This document shows positions 45,192-53,939 of a DNA stretch of 64,000 nt, in pieces; positions within the stretch are counted from its first letter, which is position 1, and each line of letters opens with the position of its first letter. The position numbers and the translations under genes were made by a program. The DNA is from Longimicrobiales bacterium. Its GTDB lineage: Bacteria > Gemmatimonadota > Gemmatimonadetes > Longimicrobiales > Gaopeijiaceae. The stretch is from positions 262,530 through 326,529 of the forward strand of contig JAWLHJ010000006.1 in assembly GCA_041690395.1 (NCBI GenBank), given 5' to 3'. The notes below the pieces were generated by a model. That model ran no database searches. It was not told where the DNA came from and saw nothing but the letters and a program-made list of their open reading frames with translations.

Positions 45192-46237
45192 GACGGCTGC
45201 GGCGAACCATCCGGACCGCATTGCTCCCCGGCGCGGCCGCGCTGGCCGTCCTGGCCGCCGCGCCCATCGCCCCGTCGGCGACCGCCTTCGAGCTCGAGGC
45301 GCAGGCGCGCACGCGAGCGCTGGTCGTGGTCGGGCTGGGCGGAACGACGGAATACCGGGAGCGCTTCAACGAACAGGCGCGCACGCTTCGGGAGGGTCTC
45401 GTCGAGCAGCACGGCCTCGACCCGGGCGACGTCGTCTACCTCGGCGAGCGAGTGGAGATCGATCCGGAGGTCATCTCGGACCGCGCCACGCGCGAGAACG
45501 TGCTCGGGGTGCTCGAGCGGTTCGCCGCCGCGTCGGACCCCGAGGACCGCGTGCTGGTGGTGCTGATCGGCCACGGGACGTCCGGCGCCGGGGGAGAAGC
45601 GTTCAACCTGCCCGGCCCGGACATCGGCCCCGACGATCTGGCCGAAGCTCTCGCCGCGTTCGGCTCGACGCCCGTCGCGTTCGTGCACACGGGAAGCGGT
45701 AGCGGCGCCTACCTGGAGCCGCTGGCGGGGCCCGACCGTATCGTGATCACGGCGACCCGAACCGGGCGCGAGTTGAACGCGACGCGCTTCGGAGAGCACT
45801 TCGTGGCGGCGCTGTCGGGCGAGGGCGCCGACATCGACCGGGACGGCCGGATCTCGCTGCTGGAGGCATACACGTACGCCCGTGACGAGGTCGCGCGGCA
45901 CTACGAGAGCGAGAACCAGATCCAGACCGAGCACGCGATGCTCGACGACGACGGAGACGGGAGCGGCACGCACGAGGCCGGCCCGGACACACCGGACGGA
46001 CGGCTCGCGAGCACGTTCGCGTTCGGAGGCCGCGTGCAGACGGACGCTCCCGAGACCGACGATCCCGAACTGGCCCGACTCTATGGGGAGCGCGCGGAGA
46101 TCCAGGGTCGCATCGAGGAGCTGAGGGCGCTGTCGGGATCGCTGGACGAGGACGTCTACCTCGCCCGGATGGAGGAGCTGCTGGTCGAGCTCGCGCTGAA
46201 GAACCGCGAGATCGCCGCAGCAGGAGGCGGGCGATGA
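45188..46237 (+). CDS. Exported caspase/C13-fold-like protein with EF-hand-like loop
   Basis: GTGA overlap; signal peptide; 'VVLIGHG', 'FVHTGSGSG', 'RIVITAT', 'DIDRDGRISLLE'; C-terminal coiled coil. Confidence 0.65.
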   Translation: MRRLRRTIRTALLPGAAALAVLAAAPIAPSATAFELEAQARTRALVVVGLGGTTEYRERFNEQARTLREGLVEQHGLDPGDVVYLGERVEIDPEVISDRATRENVLGVLERFAAASDPEDRVLVVLIGHGTSGAGGEAFNLPGPDIGPDDLAEALAAFGSTPVAFVHTGSGSGAYLEPLAGPDRIVITATRTGRELNATRFGEHFVAALSGEGADIDRDGRISLLEAYTYARDEVARHYESENQIQTEHAMLDDDGDGSGTHEAGPDTPDGRLASTFAFGGRVQTDAPETDDPELARLYGERAEIQGRIEELRALSGSLDEDVYLARMEELLVELALKNREIAAAGGGR

Positions 46238-48906
46238 GCGGCGCACGTCGGCGGTCCCCGCCCGGGCGGAGGACCACACGGATCGGCGGCGGGCTGGCGC
46301 TCGTTGCGGCGGTCCTCGCCTGGTTGCCGGCGACCGCCGGAGCACAGGCGACGTCGGACGCCAGGGCCGCACTCGACACCGGCGACTACGAGGAGGCGAT
46401 CGCGGGCTTCACGCGCGCGGTTCGCGCCGACCGGACGGCCACCGAGGCCCGGATCGGGCTCATGGAGGCGCTCCTCGCCACGGGCGAGTACGAGAGGGCC
46501 GTCGAGATCGGCGAGGATGCGCCGGCACCGTCCGCGGTCGGTTATCACCTCGGCGAGGCTCTGCTCGCGACGGGACGACGCGACGAGGCCGAGGCCGCCT
46601 TCGAGGGAACGGCCTCGACGGCAAATCGCTGGAGCCTCACCGCCGAGGCCGCGTTGGCGCGCTCGCACTTCGAGCGCGGCGCCATCGAAGAAGCCACGCG
46701 CCGCTTCGACCGCTTCATCGACGTCTACAACGCGTCGGCCGGCCGGCTGGGAGCGCTCGACCTCGTCGCCGTGGGTCACGCCGTCGCCTTCTTGGGGCGC
46801 GAGCGCCCCTCGATGTTCCAGGACGCCCTGCGCGCCTACGACGAAGCCGCGGACCGCGACCCGGCCGTCCTCGACGCCAGGGTCTCGGCGGGGGACCTCT
46901 TCCTGGCGAAGTATTCGAGCCCGGAAGCCAAGACGGAGTACGAAGCGGTCCTGTCCCGGAACCCGAACCATCCGGGCGCGCTCTTCGGCATGGCGCGGGC
47001 GCTCGAGTTCGACGGCTCCGCCGAGTCGGGGGATTACCTCCGGCGGCTCTTCGAGGTCAACCCGAACCACGTCGAGGCCCGGGCGCTCAGGGCTCGTCAG
47101 CTGCTTTCACGCGGCGACTGGGACGAGGCCCGGGCGGAGATCGAGCGGGCGCTGGCGGTGAACCCGCGCGCCCTCCCCGCGCTGACGGCGCTCGCGGGCC
47201 ATCACTTCGTGACGGGCGACGACGCCGCCTTCCGCGACGCCCGTGCCGAGGTGCTCGCCCACAACCCTCGCTACGCGGTCATGGATGCGACGCTCGCGGA
47301 GCTCGCGGTGCAGACCCGGCGCTACGCGGAGGCCGTCGAGCGCGCGGAGGCCGCGGTCGCGCTGGATTCCGCCGCCTGGGAGGCCTGGGGGCTCCTCGGC
47401 CTCAACCGCTTGCGCATCCGGGAGATCCCGGCCGGGCGCGAGGCGCTGGAGCGCGCCTTCGCGGGCGATCCGTTCAACCCGTGGTTCAAGAACACGCTCG
47501 ACCTGCTGGACACCTTCGAGCGGTTCGAGACCCGGGAGACCGAGCACTTCGAGCTCTTCGCGCGCGACGACGAGGCGGAGCTCCTCGCGACCTATCTGGC
47601 GCCCCTCGCGGAGGAAGCCTACGCGGCTCTCGCCGCCCGCTACGGCTACGAGCCCACGACGCCCATCCGGGTGGAGCTCTACCCGAGCCACGCCGACTTC
47701 TCGGTCCGCACCCTGGGTGAGGCCGGCCTCGGTGCCCTCGGTGTCAGCTTCGGCCCGGTCGTGGTCATGGACGCGCCCTCGGCACGCACCCTGGGCGAGT
47801 ACAACTGGGCGTCGGTCTTCTGGCACGAGTTGGCGCACTCGTTCCATCTGGGCATGACCGACCACCGGGTGCCGCGGTGGTTCTCGGAGGGGCTGGCGGT
47901 CCACGAGCAACGGAAGGCCCGTCCCGGGTGGGGACATCGTCCGACGCCCAGCTTCCTGACGGCGCTCCGTGACGGGCGCCTCAAGGCCGTGAGCGAGCTG
48001 AACGACGGCTTCATGCGTCCGGACTACCCGGAGCAGGTGGTACACTCCTACTACCAGGCTTCGCTCGTCTTCGAGCTCATCGAAGACCGGTGGGGCTTCG
48101 ACGCCATCCGGGCGATGCTCGACGGGCACCACCGCGGCGAGGAGCCGGAGGCGGTTCTCGAGGCAGTGCTCGGGATGTCCCCCGCTGACTTCGACGCACT
48201 CTTCGAGAGTCATCTGGACCAGCGCTTCGCGCGGGTGCTGCGGGGGCTCCCCGGCCCGGGAGCGCGCCCCGGCGCCGACGCGAGCCTGGCCGAGCACGAA
48301 GCGTTCGTGGCGTCGCGCCCGGACGATTTCGTCGCCCGCCTCGCTCTCGGGGCGCGCCTCGTCGAGGCCGGCCGCCTGGACGACGCCGAGCGGCATCTAC
48401 TCGCGGCCGCGGAGATCTTCCCCGAATACGTGGGCCCCGACGCGCCGCATGTACAGCTCGCGGCCGTCCATCGCCTGCGGGGGAACCCGGAACGGGCGGC
48501 GGAGAGCCTTGCCCTCCACGATGCCCTGGACGAAGCGAGCTATGCGACCCGCGTCGAGCGCGCGGAGCTGCTCCGGGACGTCGGACGCCCCGCCGAGGCC
48601 GCCGAGGCGCTCCAGGAGGCGGCGCTCGTCTGGCCGTACGAGATCGACCTCCACCGTGAGCTCGCCGACCTCCTCGCGGAGCTCGGTGACCACGAAGGAG
48701 AGGTGCTCGAGCGGCGGGCCGTCGTGGCCCTGCGGCCTACCGACCAGGCCGAAGCGTATTACCTACTGGCCAGGGCGGAGGCGAACGCCGGGGACGCCAC
48801 GTCCGCGCGCCGCTCGGTTCTCCGCGCGCTCGAAGTGGCGCCGAACTACGACGAGGCGCTCGAGCTGCTGCTGGAGCTCCGCGGAGGCGGGGGCGGCGAG
48901 CCATGA
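46234..48906 (+). CDS. Exported TPR protein with central zincin (peptidase MA-like) domain
   Basis: ATGA overlap; signal peptide; many TPRs; 'ETEHF', 'WHELAH', 'PRWFSEGLA', 'YYQAS'. Confidence 0.85.
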   Translation: MSGARRRSPPGRRTTRIGGGLALVAAVLAWLPATAGAQATSDARAALDTGDYEEAIAGFTRAVRADRTATEARIGLMEALLATGEYERAVEIGEDAPAPSAVGYHLGEALLATGRRDEAEAAFEGTASTANRWSLTAEAALARSHFERGAIEEATRRFDRFIDVYNASAGRLGALDLVAVGHAVAFLGRERPSMFQDALRAYDEAADRDPAVLDARVSAGDLFLAKYSSPEAKTEYEAVLSRNPNHPGALFGMARALEFDGSAESGDYLRRLFEVNPNHVEARALRARQLLSRGDWDEARAEIERALAVNPRALPALTALAGHHFVTGDDAAFRDARAEVLAHNPRYAVMDATLAELAVQTRRYAEAVERAEAAVALDSAAWEAWGLLGLNRLRIREIPAGREALERAFAGDPFNPWFKNTLDLLDTFERFETRETEHFELFARDDEAELLATYLAPLAEEAYAALAARYGYEPTTPIRVELYPSHADFSVRTLGEAGLGALGVSFGPVVVMDAPSARTLGEYNWASVFWHELAHSFHLGMTDHRVPRWFSEGLAVHEQRKARPGWGHRPTPSFLTALRDGRLKAVSELNDGFMRPDYPEQVVHSYYQASLVFELIEDRWGFDAIRAMLDGHHRGEEPEAVLEAVLGMSPADFDALFESHLDQRFARVLRGLPGPGARPGADASLAEHEAFVASRPDDFVARLALGARLVEAGRLDDAERHLLAAAEIFPEYVGPDAPHVQLAAVHRLRGNPERAAESLALHDALDEASYATRVERAELLRDVGRPAEAAEALQEAALVWPYEIDLHRELADLLAELGDHEGEVLERRAVVALRPTDQAEAYYLLARAEANAGDATSARRSVLRALEVAPNYDEALELLLELRGGGGGEP

Positions 48907-49757
48907 GCGGACTCGGACGGTACGGACTCGTGGCATGGGCGCTAGGTGGCGCGGCGGCGGTCGGCGCCGTTGCGGTCAGCGCGGGGGCGATCGGCGCGCT
49001 GACGCTCGGGCTCCCAAGCCCCGAGGCGGGGGTCGGGGCCGCGTCGTCGGCCCGCCACCAGGCACCCTCCGCCCCGCAGGAGATGACCATGCCCTACGAC
49101 GGCCGCCACCAGTTCGTGCGCATCCGATACGAGCCGCGGGGCCGCGGCGGGTTCGGGGGCTTCGGCCGCGGAGGTCGCGAGCCCATGTGGGCCCACGACT
49201 ACCCGAGGGCCGACCGCAACTTCCTCAAGATCATCGAGGAGACCACGCACCTCCGGACCCGCCCGGACGGGATGAGCGTCCTCACCGCCGACGACCCACG
49301 CCTCTTCCTGCACCCCGTGGCGTACATCGTCGAGGTCGGGGCTTGGGACCCGTCGGACGCCGAAGCGGAGGCCATGGGGGCGTACCTGAGCAAGGGCGGC
49401 TTCATCATCGTCGACGACTTTCGCGGCCGGTTCGCCCTCGACAATCTGGCGTACCAGGTCGACCGGATGCTCCCCGGGAGCCGGCTGATGCCGCTCCCGC
49501 CGGACCACCGGATCTTCGACTCGTTCTTCCGCATCATCCCCGACCAGGTCATTCCGCCCTACGGGAACGAGCCGCCGGTGTGGCTCGCGGTCTACGAGAA
49601 CAACGACCCGAGCCGCCGCATCCAGATGGTCGTGAACTACAACAACGACATCGGCGACTACTGGGAGTTCAGCGATTACGGATACTACCCGATAGACCTC
49701 TCGAACGAAGCGTACAAGCTCGGCGTCAACTACGTGGTGTACGCCTACACGAACTGA
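48903..49757 (+). CDS. DUF4159 domain protein (copy 2)
   Basis: ATGA overlap; 'WAHDYP', 'YLSKGGFIIVDDF', 'NNDIGDYWE', 'AYKLGVNYVVYA'. Confidence 0.85.
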   Translation: MSGLGRYGLVAWALGGAAAVGAVAVSAGAIGALTLGLPSPEAGVGAASSARHQAPSAPQEMTMPYDGRHQFVRIRYEPRGRGGFGGFGRGGREPMWAHDYPRADRNFLKIIEETTHLRTRPDGMSVLTADDPRLFLHPVAYIVEVGAWDPSDAEAEAMGAYLSKGGFIIVDDFRGRFALDNLAYQVDRMLPGSRLMPLPPDHRIFDSFFRIIPDQVIPPYGNEPPVWLAVYENNDPSRRIQMVVNYNNDIGDYWEFSDYGYYPIDLSNEAYKLGVNYVVYAYTN

Positions 49758-49819
49758 CCCCGCGGACCGCACGGATCACCCACCGGCCCCACGGGGCCCC
49801 ACACGAAACGGAGACAGCC

Positions 49820-50860
49820 TTGACCGACGACGCGATCGGAACGCTCACCATCGAGGACGCGGACGACGTCGCCCTGGCCGACCGCCTGAAGCGCGGCCGC
49901 GAAGAGGTCATCGGCGAGCTCAGGAAGCTCATCATCGGGCAGGAGGAGGTCATCGAGCAGGTGCTCCTGACCCTCTTCGTGGGCGGCAACAGCCTCCTCA
50001 TGGGCGTTCCCGGGCTGGCCAAGACGCTGCTCATCCATACCGTGGCCCAGGTGCTCGACCTGAGATTCTCGCGCATCCAGTTCACGCCGGACCTCATGCC
50101 GTCCGACATCACGGGCACCGACATCATCCAGGAAGACGCGCAGACGGGACGCCGCGAGATGGTCTTCGCGCCGGGCCCGGTCTTCGCGAACATCGTCCTC
50201 GCCGACGAGATCAACCGGACGCCGCCCAAGACGCAGGCCGCGCTGCTCGAGGCGATGCAGGAACACCGCGTGACCGTCCAGGGACGCACCTACACGCTCG
50301 AAGAGCCGTTCTACGTCTTCGCGACCCAGAACCCCATCGAGCTGGAAGGCACGTACCCCCTCCCCGAAGCGCAGCTCGACCGCTTCATGTTCGAGATCGT
50401 CATCGAGCATCTCTCCGAGGAGGAGGAGCTCGAGGTAGTGAGGACCACCACCGGGATCCTCGACCCGAAGTTCGGCCATGCGATCACCGGTCCGGACCTC
50501 GTCGCCTTCCAGAAGCTCGTGCGCCGGGTGCCGGTCTCCGACTCCGTTCTGCGATACGCGGTCGGGCTCACCCGGGCCAGCCGCCCGTCGCCGAACGGCG
50601 AGACCCCGGACTTCGTCAAGAAGTGGATCGCCTATGGAGCCTCCGTCCGGGCCGCGCAGTACCTGGTCCTCGGGGCCAAGGCCCGCGCGCTGACGCAGGG
50701 CCGCTACCACGTGACCTTCGAGGACATCCGCGCGCTCGCGCACCCCGTGCTGCGGCACCGGGTGCTCACCAACTTCCACGCCGAGTCGGAAGGCCGGACC
50801 TCCGGGGAGCTCATCGACATGCTCCTGGAAGCCGTGCCTGTCCCGTCCTCGGGCATGTAG
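49820..50860 (+). CDS. moxR: MoxR family AAA+ ATPase
   Basis: TTG with SD GGAG; 'GVPGLAKT', 'RIQFTPDLMPSDITG', 'LADEINRTPPKTQAALLEAMQE', 'ATQNPIE.EGTYPLPEAQLDRF'. Confidence 0.95.
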   Translation: MTDDAIGTLTIEDADDVALADRLKRGREEVIGELRKLIIGQEEVIEQVLLTLFVGGNSLLMGVPGLAKTLLIHTVAQVLDLRFSRIQFTPDLMPSDITGTDIIQEDAQTGRREMVFAPGPVFANIVLADEINRTPPKTQAALLEAMQEHRVTVQGRTYTLEEPFYVFATQNPIELEGTYPLPEAQLDRFMFEIVIEHLSEEEELEVVRTTTGILDPKFGHAITGPDLVAFQKLVRRVPVSDSVLRYAVGLTRASRPSPNGETPDFVKKWIAYGASVRAAQYLVLGAKARALTQGRYHVTFEDIRALAHPVLRHRVLTNFHAESEGRTSGELIDMLLEAVPVPSSGM

Positions 50861-50868
50861 GAGGACCG

Positions 50869-51786
50869 GTGACGGCCAGAGCTCGGACCGCCGGAGGCGG
50901 CGCCAGGTTCCTCGACCCGGGCGTGCTCGCCCGTATCGGAAACCTGGAGCTCCTCGCGCGCACCGTGGTGGACGGGTTCCTGACGGGGCTACACCGCTCG
51001 CCCTACCTCGGCTTCAGCACCGACTTCGCCGAGCACCGCGCGTACATGCCGGGCGACGACGTGCGGCGGATCGACTGGCGGCTCTTCGCGCGTACCGACC
51101 GGCATTACATCAAGCTCTTCGAGGCGGAGACGAACGCGAACGTCTCCATCCTCCTCGACGTCTCGCGGTCCATGAGCTACGGCAGCCACGAGGTCACGAA
51201 GCTCGACTACGGCCGCTACCTGGCCGCGTGCCTGGGATATCTGTCCAACCGGCAGCGCGACCGGGTCGGGCTGGTCACCTTCGACCACGAGCTCGTCGAG
51301 TACCTCCCGCCATCCATGCGGACCCCGGACACCATGCTCCACCTCCTGGACCGCGTGGATCCGGGCCGCCCCGGCGAGCTCGCCCCACCGCTGCTCCGGG
51401 CCACCGAGCTTCTCGGCCGGAAGGGGATCGTCATGCTCGTGTCCGACCTCTACGAGAATCCCGAGGACGTGCTCGCGGCGGTGGGTCCACTGCGCGCGCG
51501 CGGCCACGACGTCATCGTCTTCCACGTGCTCGACCCGATGGAGCTCGAGTTCTCGTTCGAGGGCGCCTCGGGCTTCGAGGATCTCGAGACGGGTGAGCAG
51601 ATCCCGGTCGTGCCGGAGCGGGTGAAGGCCGGGTACCGCCGGCTCATGGACGAGCACCTCGAAACGCTCGCGAAGCGCTTCAGCGACAACCGGATCGACT
51701 ACCTGCTGCTCGACAGCTCGAAGCCGCTCGACGACGCGCTCTTCCGGTACCTGTTGGCCCGTGAGCGCATGAGGACGGCGAGATGA
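50869..51786 (+). CDS. DUF58 domain protein (vWA)
   Basis: SD AGGAGG, GTG; 'GLHRSP..G.S.DFAEHR.Y.PGDD.RRIDW', 'LLDVSRSM', 'SDL'. Confidence 0.92.
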   Translation: MTARARTAGGGARFLDPGVLARIGNLELLARTVVDGFLTGLHRSPYLGFSTDFAEHRAYMPGDDVRRIDWRLFARTDRHYIKLFEAETNANVSILLDVSRSMSYGSHEVTKLDYGRYLAACLGYLSNRQRDRVGLVTFDHELVEYLPPSMRTPDTMLHLLDRVDPGRPGELAPPLLRATELLGRKGIVMLVSDLYENPEDVLAAVGPLRARGHDVIVFHVLDPMELEFSFEGASGFEDLETGEQIPVVPERVKAGYRRLMDEHLETLAKRFSDNRIDYLLLDSSKPLDDALFRYLLARERMRTAR

Positions 51787-53906
51787 GCTTCCTCGTTCCG
51801 CTCTTCCTCATCGGGCTCGCGGGGGTGGCGATCCCCATCGCGATCCACCTCACGCGGCGCCAGCGCCGGAACGTAGTGCGCTTTCCGTCGCTCATGTTCC
51901 TGGAGAAGATCCCCTACCAGGAGCAACGACGCCGCCGGGTCCAGCACTGGTTCCTGCTCCTTCTGCGGGCGCTAGCGCTCGCGCTGATCGTGTTCGCCTT
52001 CGCGCGTCCGTTCCTGGACCGTTCCGACCTCGTGGCCGGCACCGCGACCGGACCCCGTGAGGTCGTGCTCCTCGTGGACCGGTCGTACAGCATGGAGATC
52101 GGTGACCGGCTGGAGCGCGCCCGCGCCGAGACCGCGGACGTGTTGGCCGGCATGGGACCCCTCGACCGCGCCAGCCTGGTGGCCTTCGACCGGAACGCTA
52201 CCGTCCTCGTGCGGTCCACCACCGACCGTGCGCGGCTTCTGTCCGTGCTCGACACGGTCGTCGCCGGCTCGGACGTGACGCGCTTCGGGCCAGCGCTCCG
52301 CGTGGCGCAGACGATCCTCGAGGAGTCGGAGCTCCCGAACGGAGCGGTCTATCTGCTGAGCGACTTCCAGCGCACGGGGTGGGCGGCCGACGAGGGTGTG
52401 GGTCTTCCGGCGGGCTCGGAGTTCGTGCCGGTCGCGCTGGGGGACGCGGCACCGGAGAACGTCCAGATCGCGGGGCTCTCGCTGCCGCGCTCCGTCGATG
52501 CGGGGCGGGAGCGGGTGACGCCCACGGTCCGGCTCGTCCGCCGCGGAGGCTCGGAGCCGATCGAGGTGCCTGTCACGCTGGAGATCGACGGCCAGCCCAT
52601 CGGGACCGAGACGGTCGAGCTGGGCGGCGAGGGGGCCGCGACCGCCGTCTTCCCGCCCGTGACCGTATCGCGTCCACACACGCGGGGCACGGTCCTTATC
52701 CCCACGGATGCCGTGCCGGCCGACGACCGGAGGCACTTCGTCCTCTCGCCGGGATCGGTGCTACCCATCCGGGTCGTGGGCGCGCCCGGCGGCGGCGAGG
52801 ACCCGAACCTCTATCTGGAGCGGGCACTAGGCATCAGCCAGGACGGCCGGTTCGAAGTCACGGCCCGCCGCGGGAACGGGCTCGCGGCTTCGGATACCGA
52901 AGGCGTCTCGGTTCTGGTCCTGAACGACGTCCGTATCGACGGGGGCGCGGCCGAGCGGCTGCGCGCCTTCGTGGAAGAGGGGGGTGGGCTGCTGGTCGCC
53001 ATGGGTGAGAACGCGGCCTGGCCGGCGTCGGCGCTCGACCTTCTTCCGGGAGCTCCCGGCGCGCCCCGCGACCGCGAGGCCGGTCGCGGGGCCCGGCTCG
53101 GGCAGCTCGCCTACGACCACCCGATCTTCGAGGCCTTTTCCGGGCCACGGAGCGGGGACTTCGGCAACGCCCGCTTCTTCAGGGCCCGCGACGTCACGGT
53201 GTCGGACTCGGCCCAGGTCCTCGCCCGCTTCGACGACGGATCGGTGGCGCTGGCCGAACGGACCCTCGGGCGCGGACGGGTCCTCCTCTGGACTTCGACG
53301 CTCGACGGGTTCTGGAACGACCTGGCGCTGCAGCCGGTCTACCTCCCCTTCGTCCACCGGATCGCCGAGCATCTCGCGGGACGGACCGAGGCGCAGCAGG
53401 CGTTCACCGTCGGGCAGGTCCTCGACCTCGCCGACCCGCGGGCGCTCGAGGCCGCCGGCCTGGTCTCGTCCGCGGCGGAGGGACTGACCGAGGGTGCCGA
53501 GCAGGTCGCGCTCACTCCCTCCGGAGCGGGCGTGCGCATCCCGGCCGATGCCGAAACCCGCTACCTGACGCTGACCGAGCGGGGCTTCTACACGATCCGT
53601 CCACCGGGCGCCGAGCCGGACCGGCCGTTCGTCGTCGCGGTCAACGTCGATGTGGAGGAGTCGGATCTCGAGCGGATCGAGCCCGACGACGTCGCGCTGC
53701 AGGTGCGGGCGGTGACGTCGTCGGCCGAGGGAGACGGGAGTCGGCCCGCCGGGGCGGAAATGCTGGTCCGGGAGGATCAAGAGCGCAGGCAGTCGCTCTG
53801 GCGTTGGATCCTCGCGGCGGCACTCGGACTACTCATCATGGAGACGGTGCTCTCCAATTGGGTGTCACGGAGAAGCACGATGGCGTCCCGCACGACCGAG
53901 GCATAA
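51783..53906 (+). CDS. BatA-domain and vWA membrane protein
   Basis: ATGA overlap; BatA 'MSFL.P...IP..IHL...FPSL.FL...LLLLRAL..AFARP'; MIDAS 'LVDRSYSM'; C-terminal 'N...ESDL' and TM 'LWR....L...E'. Confidence 0.88.
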   Translation: MSFLVPLFLIGLAGVAIPIAIHLTRRQRRNVVRFPSLMFLEKIPYQEQRRRRVQHWFLLLLRALALALIVFAFARPFLDRSDLVAGTATGPREVVLLVDRSYSMEIGDRLERARAETADVLAGMGPLDRASLVAFDRNATVLVRSTTDRARLLSVLDTVVAGSDVTRFGPALRVAQTILEESELPNGAVYLLSDFQRTGWAADEGVGLPAGSEFVPVALGDAAPENVQIAGLSLPRSVDAGRERVTPTVRLVRRGGSEPIEVPVTLEIDGQPIGTETVELGGEGAATAVFPPVTVSRPHTRGTVLIPTDAVPADDRRHFVLSPGSVLPIRVVGAPGGGEDPNLYLERALGISQDGRFEVTARRGNGLAASDTEGVSVLVLNDVRIDGGAAERLRAFVEEGGGLLVAMGENAAWPASALDLLPGAPGAPRDREAGRGARLGQLAYDHPIFEAFSGPRSGDFGNARFFRARDVTVSDSAQVLARFDDGSVALAERTLGRGRVLLWTSTLDGFWNDLALQPVYLPFVHRIAEHLAGRTEAQQAFTVGQVLDLADPRALEAAGLVSSAAEGLTEGAEQVALTPSGAGVRIPADAETRYLTLTERGFYTIRPPGAEPDRPFVVAVNVDVEESDLERIEPDDVALQVRAVTSSAEGDGSRPAGAEMLVREDQERRQSLWRWILAAALGLLIMETVLSNWVSRRSTMASRTTEA

Positions 53907-53939
53907 GCTTCAAGTAGCGACCACGAGAGAGGCACGGAC

